The position numbers and the translations under genes are program-made. The notes under the pieces are model-generated. The model worked only from the letters and a program-made list of their open reading frames with translations, had not been told where the DNA came from and made no database searches. A stretch of 64,000 bases of DNA from a bacterium (GTDB lineage Bacteria > Patescibacteriota > Gracilibacteria > JAUYGZ01): the NCBI GenBank assembly GCA_030690415.1, contig JAUYGZ010000011.1, positions 6,269 through 70,268 of the forward strand. Reading direction: 5' to 3'. Shown here in pieces: positions 1 through 15,000 of the stretch (position 1 is the first letter of the stretch; every line of letters begins with the position of its first letter).

Positions 1-1
1 G

Positions 2-3000
2 GTAGATTTGGACTTCGTCGAGAGAACCATTGAAATACTGTGTAGAATAATTGTTATACCCAATATAAAGAGGGAAAGCATTAGCAGCTCCCAAAGTTCC
101 AGTTGCTTGGTAAACCTGAGTACCATTTACATAAAATCGATGGGTTGCGCCATTAAATGTCGTGGCAATATGACTCCATTGGTTCAGTACCGGAGCAATC
201 GTTGATGATGGATTGGTTCCCCCTCCGAGGGTAATATATCCATTTGTAGCAGTTAAATATAAACAATAATTATAAGAGGAATTTCCATCACCCTTACAAA
301 TAATATTTTTCTGAGTTGAGAAACTTGTCGGATAAACCCAGACAGATAGGGTCAACGCACTGGTAATATCCAGAATATTCGCATCAGAAACACTAATATA
401 ATCATTCGTCCCGTCAAAACTCATCGCGCCTCCAACTCGTCCTGAAGTCACATACCCATTTGGAGTCACCATATTCGTGGCCGTCCCATTCAGCCCATTC
501 CCGCTAAAATCACTCTGCGTTGTCCCACTATTAAACGGCATATTCAACGCCATCAGCTTCTTCGCAGTCCCGTCATTATAGGTCCACTGATACGCCTGGA
601 TCATCTGACTACTAAACTGTGTGAAATCGCGAACCAGATTCTCCGAAGTAGGCAAGAATACCGTCGAAGACCCACTTCCTCCCGCCAGCTGAAGCGATGG
701 GAAGAGCCAGCAAGCATCATTCCCTCCTCCATTAACCGAATTCCCGGTCTGAATATCTTTGCTGCTGACGCATCCTCCATTGCTGACATTCGCGTACTGA
801 ACACTCACCGAGGCATCAGTATGGGTAATATTCCATGGCGTTGGAGTCACCGAATCAGATGACTGCAGGTTGATTGCATTCCCAATCCCACTCGCCCCCG
901 TGATGACCAGCTTCCCCCCTGAAGCAAAAGTCTGGGTCTGCCCTGCGGGAAAGACGATCGTTTTCCCGGGGATGATACTCTTCAAAATGAAGAACGTATT
1001 TGATCCGGAAATGTTTGAAGTAGACGATACCTCGCCGTTGATCGTCACCATGCCGGAGTTGTGGGTGAAGACCCCGAGATTCGTCCAATCCCCCGCCACC
1101 TCCATATTCGTCGCGTGCCCTGTCAAGACTCCGGTTGCGGAAATGGCAAGATTGTTAAACATTGTCTGAGTCGTTCCCAAAACCGTACCGGTACCGGTGA
1201 AGGTCACCGTGCCGGAATTGTGCGTGAAAGCAGTCCCATTATTCGTCCAGTTCCCCGCCACGTTCATGTTCGTCGCGTGACCGGTCAGTGCGGCACCAAT
1301 AACGATATTGTTGAACGTCGTCGTGCTCGATCCGAGAATCGTACTGGCCCCCGCGAAAGTCACGGTACCGGAGTTGTGCGTGAATGTTCCATCATTCGTC
1401 CAGTCCCCATACACCGTCATACCAGTCGAGTGACCGGTCAAAGTCCCGGTCATGGAAAGATGATTGAAGGTCGTTTCGCTGATACCAAAGACCTGGCTAT
1501 CAGCCCCCGTGAAGGTCACCGTGCCGGTACCGCGGTTGAAGACTCCCCCGTCTCTCGTCCAATCCCCATCCACACTAAAATTCGCGGACGGAGCATTGAA
1601 GGTCCCTCCGGAAAGATTGAAATTCCCGGCACTGCCGATCGTGATCGTAGCCGAGCCACCCGTAAAGACACCACTCGCCTGTTTCAATCCATCAGAGCCG
1701 ATAGCCATGGTATAGGCATTCTGGGAAATCGTACCGCTGTAGGGAACCTGAATATCAATACCCTTCACATCCACGGCAACATCGACCGAACAATTGATAT
1801 TGGAAGAAGCCTCGAAGAGAGCCACGTCACTTGGCCCTGGGACAACCCCCCCGCTCCAGTTGGAGCCCGTATTCCAGGCATTGCTGGTCGTTCCTAACCA
1901 GATAAAGCCACTAATAAAATCATCAAAAATCCATCGCACATTGTGCTGGCTGTAGCCAATGGATCCCGTACCTCTGACATCGATCACGGTCGAACTATTA
2001 TTGTACGAATCCCGCACATCGAGATTCGACAGGGTTCGGCTTCCTTCTGAAACAATATTCCAATAGGTCCCGGAAGTTGTGCTTCGTAACGCCAGGCGGT
2101 TCGGATCAGCACCCCCCACCAACGTCAACGCTCCGTTAATCGTCTGGGTCTTCCCCTCCTCGAAGGTCATCTCGCGCGCCACGGACACCGTCTTGCTCAG
2201 ATTATTAAACGTCGTACTGCCGAAGAGCGATTGATCGGTGCCGGTGAAGGTCACCGTGCTGGAACCGGCGTTGAAGATTCCCGTAGTAACATTCAGCGTC
2301 CAGTTTCCACCAAGTGAAATCATCGACGCCCCGGTCGCCGCGTTCAGCGTGCCATTAATGGTAATACTATTCGTAATCGTCAGGTTATAGCCATTGGCAT
2401 TCAGCACATCCCCCGCGTCGATCACCAGCGAATCAGCCACCAGATTACTCGTCAGCGTGATGGTGTCCGGAGAATGCCCCACCACCAGATCCCCCAGATT
2501 GGAAGCCGTGCTATCGGAGAAACTCAAATCCCCATCCAGCGTCAGCGTTCCTCCTTTCGTAAAGGTCGTGCCCGAAGCCAGTGTGAAATCCCCCGCCACG
2601 TTCATACTTCCCACAGGAGCGATGAAAGTCCCCAACGTCTCCGTGAACATTCCGTTGATATCGAGATTGCCGGCTGAGGCAGAGAAAATATCTTTTGTGG
2701 CGTTCGGGTCATTAATCGTGAAACTAAAATAATCTACTCCCGCACCAAAATCTTTTATCGCGTGCGTGTCCTGAACCCCATCCCCATCCCCCACGTATTT
2801 CCAAATTCCCTTCGTCGTATCATTTCCTGAGCTGAGCGTGACGCTCTCATTGCCCCGCAACTGAATGACTCCGGTATTGCTCACCGCCCCCGTCACCGCC
2901 AGCGCGTTCCCCGCCAGATCCACTGTCCCCGCGCTGTTCGTCAGAGTCCCCAAAGCCGTAAGACCATTCGTCACAAGCTGCAATGTCCCCGATCCCGAAT

Positions 3001-6000
3001 GAACAATGTTCCTGAAGGGGCTACTCCCGCCCCCGGTATTGAATAATTGAGTCCCGCTCCCCGTGAAGGTGACCGTACCGGAATTATGCGTAAACGTACC
3101 GCCATTGGTAAAGTTCCCCGCCACATTCATGTTGATAGGATGGCCTATCAAAGCTCCAGACCCTGAGATCGTGACATTGGTAAAGGTTGTTATGTTTCCA
3201 CCTAAGACAGCGTGTGGCACTGAACTATCGAAGACCACAGTGCCAGTGGAAACAAAATCTCCACCCTGATGAACCAGATCACCACTGACCGTAACCATGT
3301 TGCTGTCGGCATTGAGAAGAAGACTTGCCGCGGTGGTAGCGCCAAGACTATAAAACGTCGAGGGGGAGGACTGGTTCCTATACTCGGTTAGAATCCACTC
3401 AACGGAACGGGTAACACTGGAGACTCGGACTTCGTCGATAACGCCTGGGAAAGCTCCATAGGTACCAGTGAATCCACTACCAAAAAGATTAGGCGCGTAA
3501 ACCGTTGTCCTGGGAGAAAGTAAACCGGTTCGAACAAGGACACCATTCAAATAAATGATGGGTCGCTTATCAACATAGCGTACCGCGATATGATTGAAGC
3601 CTGTACCAATAGTCCCGCTGTAAACAGCAAGAGGAGGCATGTAGGAGGTCGCATGTTCGTACACGGAAATACCATTCTTTCCCACTGATAATCCAGCGCC
3701 TGCATTCGGAGAACCATAGCCTCCTGGCCAAAAAACATATCGCTGACCGGATGTTCCGGTGGTAGTACTTGTGCTCTCAGTATCGATTTGATGATCCGTC
3801 GTCGTCTGTACCCACGCTGAAAAGGTAAAATTATTCGTGGGTTGCACGAGAGCCGTGGAAACATATGCTGTCGTTCCATTAAAATTACCGGCTCCATCGA
3901 CTTGTCCAGTGGTCGCGGTGACAGCAGTGTTCGTCCCGTTGTAGCCGTTTGAAGTAGAATCCGTAACACTCAGCGTGGTGCCATTCGGCATATGATAGAC
4001 CCCTTTAAAATTTGAATCCCAGGTACCGCTCACGCTGGGATTAGTACTCACGGAACCATTGCCATAAAAAAGATAGATGCTCGTATCAACAATGCTCGAG
4101 AGCGTCGGAATCCTCACCCAGGCAACAAACTCGCCCGTGGTAGAAACATATTTTTCAATCTCATGATCCAGCTTATTCCCCGACGAATCCGTAAAGATAA
4201 TGTCATAACCATTCGCATGAGTAACATATCCACCATTTGCCACGGTTTTCAGTTCGAGATCCGTGACGGAAAAGAGTATCGGGAAATTGCTCTGGGTAGC
4301 CGCCACTTTTGTTCGGTCAATCGTCACCGACTTCCGATATGAATATCCGCTGTACCAAGCGCCTCCTCCGCCTGTCAAAGAAAGATCACCATTCACATCC
4401 AGAGCGCCACTTAAATCGTAGCTTCCCGTTCCCGTAAAGCTCAGATCATAGTAAGCATTCCCGGCTCCCAACGCCCCATACGTCCCACCCCCGTAATACT
4501 CCACCGTCCCCGTATCAGTATCCATCATCGTAATGGCCACCGTTTCATCTCCTACCAGTTTCAGCGTTCCGTTATTATTGAGAGTCGTCAGTGATAGATT
4601 TTTGCTATTCATAATTGCTGTTCCGTTCAGCAGATCCATCGTCGTCGCGGTCAAAGCGGAGTTCATCGTCCACTCTCCTCCTACTCCATTGAAAGCGATC
4701 GTACTGAAATCACTCGTCGTCGCCCCCGTCGAATCAATCGTTTGAGCGGTAGTCGATGTGAATGTCACCGTGCCGGTACCGGCGGTGAAGATTCCGGTGT
4801 TGATCCAGTTTCCGCCAACCGTGATCGTATTCGCGCCGGCCGTCAGAGTCCCCTTGTTCTGAATATGATGCGTATTGACATTTCCCCCGGGAGCAAAGGT
4901 CGAAGCAGACGGGATATAAAGCTCTTTGCCGGACTGAATCGTGGGCACCGTGGCATCCACCATGTAAATCGCGTCAACATCAGAATCAGCCACATCATGC
5001 GCCACATCCAAATCCGCGTTCGTGATACTCGTCCCAGTCTCATCTCTCACGACCAGATGATCAACATAAAGATCAGCATCGACCACCGACACCCCATTCA
5101 CTTTCAGCACCGTAACCGCTTTCTCAGTCTCCCCATCAAGGAAAATAGTCACTCGATATCCCGACAAAAGCCAGGCAGGGATAACCGCGATCGCGTAATC
5201 TCCAAACATATTCGTCTCAGCCGTCTGGGTTCCCACGAGAGTTCCCGACCCATCAAAAACCGCCACCACCACGGTCTTCCCACTTATCACCGTCCCCGAC
5301 GCTTCGGGATCATTGGTATAAACCGTTCCTGAGATCGCCATGGAGGAAAAGATCCACTGGTCTGTCGGAGGCACATCTGCATCATCATTACCGGTGCCAC
5401 TAATAGAATCCGCAGCATAAATATCATGACTCATCGCATTAGCGTTTGAAACACTGACATAAGACACATGCTGATCAGCGGCCGTCACGGCGAAAGACCA
5501 AGGCAAAGTCCCATCTATCAAGTCGAGCGAAAGCTCTGTCCCCGTAGCCAGTCCACTCAGCGCCAGCACACCACCAATCGTCTGAGTCTTGTTCTCTTCA
5601 AACCGAAGCGCTTTGCTGGCCACTTCGGATTTAAAATTATTGAACGTGTTGTCCCCCCTGATCTGACTCGTCCCAAGCGTATCAAAATCAACCGTGCTCG
5701 TTCCTGCCGTGAAGCCGCCTCCATTATTCGTCCAGTTCACCGCCACCTGCAGCAGGTTCGAAGCCAGCGTGAGCGCTCCCGTCGCCTCAAGAATAAGTGA
5801 TCCGTCCACATTGATCGTACTTGATCCCGTAGCCGTGTAAACACCGGCAATCGTCAGGTCGCCACTACCGCTCGCCGTCACGTTATTCGCTCCACTGAGG
5901 AAAGAAGCACCGGATTCAACGATAATGTTTCCGGAGTTCACAACACCTCCGGGCTGATAGGTCGTGCCGGTCAGAATAGTCAGAGTACGGCCGGTGAGCC

Positions 6001-9000
6001 CCCCATCCCCATTCACGGTCAAAGCGGAACCGTCGAGACCATGAAAAGCGTCTTCATCAGCGGAATTAATATAAGACCCCACCTCGGCATTACTCAAGGT
6101 CTGAGAAACCCCATTCCCCAGCGTCAGATGAGTCCTGACCAGCTCCAGCCCCGTCATGGCTTCCCCCGCTCCCAAATACTTCGCCACCGCCACGGCTTCA
6201 GCACTATCCTCAGCTCCATCCAGAAACACCGTAATCACATTACCCGAGGAAGCCGTCACCCCGGGGATCGTCCAGGAGCCATCCGAGTCGGTCGTCGTCT
6301 TTCCCGCCTGAAGCACTCCATTCACCGCCACCTTCACGGTATAAGAAGTACTGCACGAGGCTCCTCCATAAGAATCCACACAAGTCCCGGAAATATCCGG
6401 CCCCAGAATCAATATCTGATTGCTTGAAGCAGTCGTTGATCCCACCACTCCCGCGCTTGAAATCGGTGTCACCGTCAAACCCCAAAGCTGTTCCGGAACG
6501 GTTTCTGCAGCTACCCAAGCCGTCGGCCCTCCGACTCCGGCTCCAATTGCACCTCCACTTGGAGGATTACAAGTACCATTTGCAGCATCCCCATCACCAT
6601 CATCACAAAGCTGAATAATTTCAGCGACGCTGAGCGCGCGGGGATAAACCTGAAGCTCGTCGATCTTTCCACTAAAATAATACCCAGTGGTTGCAAGCCT
6701 CCCGATATAACTCAACCCATCCCCTCCTGTCCGCATAGCGGAAGAAGCTCCACTCGCCACCTGAACTCCATCGATGTATATCTTCCGATATCCCCCACTC
6801 ACACTATTAACAGCCAGAATATGGTGCCAGGCTCCTGTAGAAGGCTGAGCCGCGTAAATAAGATCGGTATAGCTTGTACCATTATGAATTCGAAAATACG
6901 TTGATGTGCCGGAAAGAAACAATGAATAGTCAGTATTCAGCACCCCACCAACAGTCTTCTCAAAAATACCGCGACCTCCCCCGGCAGTAAGATTCACCCA
7001 TGCGGATATCGTAAGCTCCCCACTCATATTCAAAGTCGAATTAGAGGGTGTCTGGACATAATTAGTGGTCCCATTAAAATTTAAACATCCTCCGACCTGA
7101 CAGCTCTGGTATACAGCTCCTGTCACCGTCCCCGTATTCCCATTCCCACTGAAATCCGTCTGAGTTGCCCCCGAATTAAACGGCATATTCAGAGCCATCA
7201 CATTGGCCCCATTGGTCGTCCACCGATAGGCTCCGACAGAGCCGGGGTCCAGAGTGTCCACCGTTGAATTCAGAACTTCTAACGTGTTCAACTCCTCCAC
7301 CAACCCATCCTCAAGATACACGTCTGGCGCTATCGTCACGGTATTGGCCGAAGTCACGGCAGTGCCGGAGATACCGTTATTGGCGAGAGGGGTGATGATG
7401 AGATTGAAAACATCACCATTAAACGTCTCAGCATTCGCCAGGACCGTTGGAGCTCCAAAACCGGCAACGCCATCAGTATAGAGCCGACTGATCTGAGCCG
7501 CGCTGAGAGCACGGGGGTAGATCTGGACTTCGTCGATAAGTCCCTTCATGGGTTGATAAACGGTATCTCTCGCCCCGATTAATAATGGTAATGTGTTTTT
7601 AATATCTGCAGTGAAGGCATCGTTATACAACACCGTTACAGCGATGTTAACTCCATTAATATATATTTTAACTCCGCTTGCATCTCCAGAACCGTTATAG
7701 GTGAATGCAACGTGCTGCCACGTCCCAGTCGAGAGAGCGACATTACTCTCTATACGCTTCGTTTTTATAGCTGTATCAACCATCTCAACCCATATTTTTC
7801 CGCTTGTTGCTACCTGTAAGTCGTATCCCTCATATGGAGATGTCACCCTCTGTTTGGCAAAAATATATCTTAATGTGGCAAAATCAGTCACGTTAACCCA
7901 TGCCGAACCTGTAAATGCATCTGTTTTTCCAAAATTATTAACCGCTGAATGAGGCACATTTATATAATCATTCACCCCATCAAAGCTCATCGCTCCCCCA
8001 ACCCTTCCCGAACTGACATACCCATTTGGAGAAACCATATTCGTGGCCGTCCCAGTATTCCCATTCCCACTAAAATCCGTCTGCGTTCCCCCCTCATTAA
8101 ACGGCATATTCAACGCCATCAGATTTGATGCCCCAACTGTCCACCGATACACCCCAATATCAGGTAAAGAGAGCCCTGTTGGGTTAGACCAAATATCCTG
8201 AACCGTGGTCGCCGTCGTGGACTGCTGAAACCCTCCATTGTCTATTCCAAGCTGTAGCGCGGTGATCGGCGCATACGGAATAATCTCCACCGTATTGGCT
8301 GAAACAACAGTCGATCCGACGACCCCCGAACTCGTGATCGGAGTCACTGAGAGATTCCACACATTATCGACGGATGTCTCAAGGGCGCTCCAAAGAGTAG
8401 GCCCTCCATTCCCCGCGTTCCCATTCGTATAAAGCTGGCTGATCTGAGCCGCGCTGAGCGCGCGGGGGTAGATCTGGACTTCGTCAATGGAACCGTTGAA
8501 ACTCGGTATCCCAACACCACAAATAGACCCGCTAGGCGTCAACATATTCCCAAGAGCAAAATGCGCTGTACCGTTCGCGGCACCCAGCAAAGAGCCGAAG
8601 GATAAGTTCAGCGTTGTGGTTTCCAGAAGATTATTAACAAATATTTTTACACGATCGAGTCCATTATTGGTATCAATCGTCCCATCATAGGTCATCACCA
8701 CATGATACCAAATGGACGTATTGGTAACAGAAGTAGAGCCCAACACTCCTCGGTATGAAGTGCCATCAAGAGCGCCATACCACAAAAATTCAGGCTTGCT
8801 TCCCGTACCGAGCCTTAATAGGTAAGAACGTTGATTTTGGCTACAACTACTATCTGCAGCTTTTGCAATAATAAAGTTGTTGGTCATAACAGCCGAAGGC
8901 TTAATCCAAAAAGACATACTGAATTTCTTGTCCTCGCCTGAAATTACATCCTCCATGATCTGAGGATCACCGAAGCCAACAACATCAGCAACAGAATCAA

Positions 9001-12000
9001 ACCGTAAACAGCCACCTACTTTGCAACTCCCGCCGGAAATATAATCAACAGCCACTGTAGTTCCATTGAGACTATTCCCACTAAAATCCGTCTGCGTTGT
9101 TCCGTAATGAAACGGCATATTCAACGCCATCAGATTCGCGCTCGGACTCGTTCCGTTCTCGGCCGGATTGTCCCCGGCATCCGGATCCACGGACCAGGTG
9201 TAGGCTCCAATATCCGTCCCGGCTAAACCGGGGACAGGATCTAATGCATTCAAATCTTCAACTGTGGACAAAGTCGTCACCACTCCATCTTCCAGATACA
9301 GATCAGTGATCGGCGCGTACGGAAGAATCTCCACCGTATTCGCTGAAACCACAGTCGACCCCACGATTCCTGAACTCGTGATCGGAGTCACCGACAGACT
9401 CCACACATTATCGACCGAGGTCTCGAGAGCGCTCCAGAGCGTCGGTCCTCCAAACCCCTGCCCAACATCTATCCCATCACTACAGTCACCGTCACTATCT
9501 CCATCATTACAGAGCTGTGCGACCTGAGCGGCGCTAAGAGCGCGGGGGTAGATCTGGACTTCATCGAGAGATCCCTTGAAATAATTATCCGAATACCCAT
9601 TATAACCGATATAAAGAGGATCATTATTCACAGACCCCAATCCGCCACAGGTATATCCTGAAGTACAGGTCAGTTTAACTCCGTTCAAATAGGCATACGA
9701 ATTGGTTGAATCTGCGACAATAACAATATGATTCCATTGATTCGCTGTTGGTGGACTATCCCATCTCGAACTTGATGCACCGGTAAATTGGACATCTCCA
9801 ACAGTATTTCTGAGAAAGAGCGTGTAATTATAGGCAACAGCTCCATTCCCCTTTGTCACAATAAACCGGTTCGTCGCATCATAGGAAGCAGGATTAACCC
9901 AAACAGAAACAGAAAGTGCGCTGGAAATGTCAAAATCAGAATCATCGCTTCTGGACACATAATCATTCACCCCATCAAAGCTCATCGCCCCCCCCACTTT
10001 CCCCGAGCTGACATACCCATTTGGAGTCGTCATATTATAAGTCGTCCCCGTATTCCCATTCCCACTAAAATCCGTCTGCGTTCCCCCCGCATTAAACGGC
10101 ATATTCAACGCCATCAGATTGGAGGCCCCCACTGTCCACCAGTAGGCTCCGATCTCCCCGGAATCAATTCCCACCACATCTGAGTACAAATCCTGCGCAG
10201 TCGTCAGTTGGGTCTGCGGAATGAAGCCCGGCCCTTCTCCCAGCTGGAGCGTCTCGAAGACCCAGCAGACGCCATTATTCCCAAGATCATATCCGTTATC
10301 AGTCGCGTCAATAGCCGTACTTAGCGGCATCACCGTACAGGCCGAATCTTTGACCGACACATAGCTCAGACTCTCCGTCCCCTGATGATCAATCGTCCAC
10401 TGCACCCCTGCTGAATTCGACGCGAGAGCAATCACATTTCCGGAAGCCCCCGTCAGCGTCAGCGCGCCATTGATCGTCTGAGTACTGCCGGTGGCGACCT
10501 GAATGCTTTTTCCTCCCGCTTCAACGGAAGAGAGATTATTCCAGGTCGTATTTCCGGAAATCACGGCAGTGGTCGCCGTGTCAAAATCAACTGTTCCTCC
10601 ATTGGCATCAAAAGTTCCCTGCGGATGATTGAAATTTCTCCCCACCGTCATCGTCCCCGAGGTGGAATGGAAAGTCCCTCCCGTCCCCGTCACCCCCTGT
10701 ATAAAATCCCGGGTAATATTGATCGGATCAGAGGAGCCATTGAAAGTCCCCTCCTGGATATCCATGTCACCGGACACATTCAAGGTTCCGCTCTGATTAT
10801 AAGTCCCGCCATTCAGAATAAACGTCGTGGGATTCGTCACGGTCACCGTCTGGCCATTTTGATAGAAAGTCCCTTGGGTAATCTCCAGCGTCCCCACATT
10901 CAAGGTCGCGGTCGGCTGAAAGGTTGTCGTCGCGGTCGGATCATTGATCGTCAGCGTCTCATAGGTCAAATTCGGTAAGGTCATGGGGTTGGTTACCCCA
11001 TCCCCCCTGAAGACCCACTCCCCATCACCGGCCGCCCCTCCCGTTACACTCTCATTGCCCCAAAGCTTCAGGGCTCCATTGTTTACCAAAGTGGTCATCG
11101 CCAGACTCCGGCCATTGAGATCAAGAATGACATTGGCCGCGATGGTCAAAGTAGTCGCGGAAATCGCCCCTCCGGCGGTATAGGTCGGAGCCGTCGTCCC
11201 GGCGTCCAGCGTAAGTCCCCCGACAGATGTAATAGCTCCAAGACTTGTTACCCCGGAAGAACGAACAGAAATATCACCGGAAGTCGTTGTCGTCAGGGTT
11301 CCGGAACCACTCAGAGATCCCGCGCCGCTATTATCAGCGTCCGCGATCAGCACGATCGGGATATCAGTCCCCGAAATCGCCTGATTCAGCGTAATCCCAC
11401 CATTCGCCTGAACAGAACAGGCATTGATGGCCGGAAGACCCGAATGAACACAACTCACGCCATTGATTCCACCCACGGACCCCACGACCAAATCATCAGC
11501 CTCAGCAACATAAATCGACCCATACCCACTCACCGTACGGGCTGCCAGATTTTGAACACTGGTCTCAATTTCGTCACCGGCCAGAGCCGTCCCCACGTTC
11601 GTCACCGCGTCGAAAAGCACTGATCCCGTCCCGGCAATGGTGACATTATTCGTGGACCCATTATCATCGGTAATAGTTCCCGTCGAAATCAGCCGTAAAG
11701 TTTGATCGGTCGCTAAAGTCAGCTGTTCCAGGCCAATATTCCCCGCGTCAATCGTGAGGTTGAAAACCCGTGAACTGAAATCAATCGCATTCAGATCAAC
11801 CGTGCCTCCCGTCACCTTCAGCGTCGTAATCTCTCCTGAAGTAATCGCGTCCCGAATCGTCGTTGAAATCTGAAGTACTCCGGTTGCCGCGGTACCGAAA
11901 CCGACTGTTCCCCCGGCGCCTTCACCAATCGTCAGTGTTCCGGCCTTACCTCCCGTACTATAAATCTTATCCAGGCCACTCGTAATCGTAATATCCCCCG

Positions 12001-15000
12001 TTGGCTCCAGACTCAGATTGACACTGTCAGCGATGTCAACACTTCCATCAAAACGAATTCCATAACTCCCTGAAGTGGCATGGATCCTCGTATTTTGGCT
12101 AATAGTGGCAAGATGATTCACCCTGAAAAAATCTCCCAGGAGATACGTCCCTGACGCGTTCATCGTGACATCATAATAGGTCTGTCCCGCATCAAGTATC
12201 GTATCAGTCGTTGGAGACGTAAAAACCACCATCCCATTATTATGAGTTAGCGATCCATTATTCGTATAGTTCCCGAAAATCGTCAGAGGCTGAGTATCCG
12301 AAGCGCTGACCACACCGAGAGCGGCCACCGTCAAGTTATTCACCGCCAAAATCGCGTCATTCGTTGTCAAATCCAGCGTATGAGCTGTCCCATCCCCCAC
12401 GGTCAGCGCTCCATTCACGGTAATCGTCCCCTGAGCCGTCGTCGTCCCCGTCCCGGTGAGATCAACATCATTGAAAGTATACGGTCCACCGGTACCGCCC
12501 AAAGTACTTCCCGGAAGCGTCACCTTCCCTCCAGTCATATTGATCACCCCCGCCCCTCCGATATCCCCTCCTCCAACCGTAATATCTGCCGTCCCTCCAA
12601 AAGTCCCCGTCTGCGCGTCGATATCTCCGGTGGTAACAATCGTACCGGAACTGGAAACAGTCCCGCTCGTCGGATTGATGTCCAAATCAAAATAATCCGT
12701 CGCGCCAAGATCTCTCAAGGACCCCGCCGCCGCCACCAGCCAGGTACCGGAATAGGGGTCCTGAGCCAGTCCAAGGATCGTTCCGGCCAGCGTATCGCGA
12801 ACGGTGGCGGTATTGGAGAAAATAGCGCCTGTTGCCGTCAGGTTCTGACCATTGAGATCCAGGACACCGGAAGAGACCGCCAATGAATCGAGAATAGTCA
12901 GGGCGGAAAGCGCCTGAAGCGTTCCGGATCCGGAATGGGTGAGCTCATTGATCCGTTCTGATGGGACAGCAATCGTTTGGGTCCCACTGCCATCAAAAGT
13001 AAGCTTGGCCCCACAGGAGGGAACACATAATACACCATTCGTATCATCAAATACCCAATTACCACTGACATGGAAATCCCCGGGAGGAAGTGGGCTCTCA
13101 TCACTGATCGAAACATTCGTCACATCGATGATCCCGGCTCCTCCCTGAAACAGGGCGCGTGTCACCGTCAGTCCGCCATTGAAAGTCTGTGTCGCTCCAC
13201 CGGCATTATAGATCGCTCCGGAAGTCCCCTGCACGGTCACTAATCCGGTTGAGGTGACCGGCTGATCATTTGCATTAAAGGTCCCGGCTGAAATAGTAAA
13301 AGTCCCGGCTACAGAGAGTGGGAGACTTAATCGGAAATTATCCGGTGTGGGTGACACATCAGTCGAAAGAATTTCAAGATTATAGTAATCCGTAGCACCG
13401 CTATCCCGAATACTCATATTATTGGCAGTATCATTCCCATTGCCCACGTATCGGATTTTCCCGGAATTCGTATCAGGAGTCGTGACCGTAAAATCAGTTC
13501 CGGACCGAACCTCAAGGACTCCCCCATTGGCAATATTATGAGTAGTGGCGGTCAGGATGTTCCCTGCCGTCTTCACCGTGTCATCAGCGCCAATGACCAG
13601 CGTCGTCACCGTGGCCGCGCTGCCCAACTGAAGCGTTTTTGAAGTGCCATCAACAGAGATACTTCCCACACTCACTCCATTCACGCTCAGCGTTGATGTC
13701 CCGGTACCCGCGAAAGTAAGACTACCACTATTCGTAAAGGTCCCCGCGGTTCGGGTAAAGTCTCCATTCACCGTCATCGTATCAGTCGTCGTCGTAAACG
13801 TTCCGGCGCTTGAAATGGCTCCATCGAAAGTCATCGGAAACCCTCCCCCATTCACGACGGCCCCGGATGAAATGGCAAAAGATCCGGAAAAGAGTGAGTA
13901 CACCACGCCCTTTCCAATCGAAGGAAGGGTCAGGGTACCTTTAATATCTGTGGAGCCCTCCACGACAAGCTGGTCTCTCGGAGCAAAGATATGCCCGGAA
14001 GGGACCAGAAGCGTCTTACCGCTGTTCACGATTATTGTAACGGGACAGGGGGGCTCCTCACACAAGACTAATGGCCCCGGCGTCGTATAGATCGAATCGA
14101 GATCAGCACTCCCAAAGGAACCGTTCGAGTCCTCCAAATCACTATTCGAAATTCCACCCACGCCATCTTCGTCCCGGACAATCAAATGATTTTGATAGAT
14201 ATCGATCCCTGACAGGATCACGGCGTTTGAGATCGTGACGGTAACACCATCTTCCGCGGCCCCACTAATAAAAAGCGTCAACACATCACCTGAAGTGAAA
14301 GAAGTTCCCGTAATCAGGTAGTCTCCACTCCCATCAGTCGTGTCGTTCCCCCCTCCCGTCGCGCTCCCATTCACCCAAAGCTGGACCAGTTTTCCTGTCA
14401 AAGGAGTCGTCCCATCCGCGGCATAGAGTCTCCCCGAAATCCGGTCCGTAAACCAGTTCGTCGTATTTCCCGCGTCCACGCTATTCGCGGGATTGATGGC
14501 CGTGGCATGGATATTATTATTGTCCTGGACATCCACATACGAAATGCTTCGAGTTCCCTGAGGGTTGATACTCGCCTGGACACCCAATAAGGAAGAAGAT
14601 CGAATCGAAAGCAGATTCCCGGCAGCTCCATTGAGTGTCAGCGTCCCTCCTGCGACGAAAGCCTGTGTCAGGCCCTCTGGAAAAGTGAGCGTGGCGGCAG
14701 TGGTAACAGATTTCGTAAAGCTATAAAAGGTATTAGCTCCTGTAATAGACTGAGGAGTCGCGCCATCAAAAGTCACCGTTCCATTATTGTGATTGAAGGT
14801 TCCCGCTGTCTTCCCCCAGTTGCCACCCACAAAGAGAGTCCCTGAAGGTGCGGTAAAGGAAACCGTTTCAGACACTCCTTTCTGAATGGTGAAATGAGAA
14901 TCAACATCAATATTACCGCTGCCTGAAGTGAACGTGGTCGTTCCTGAGCCGGAGTTCAGACCTGCCGTCAGGGTGGTTTTTGCCGTCAAGGTGTTCGAGC

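Noticed and set aside
6620..10140. Diversity-generating retroelement acting on the LamG repeats
   Set aside because: No reverse transcriptase in the window, and differences between copies are not confined to adenines.
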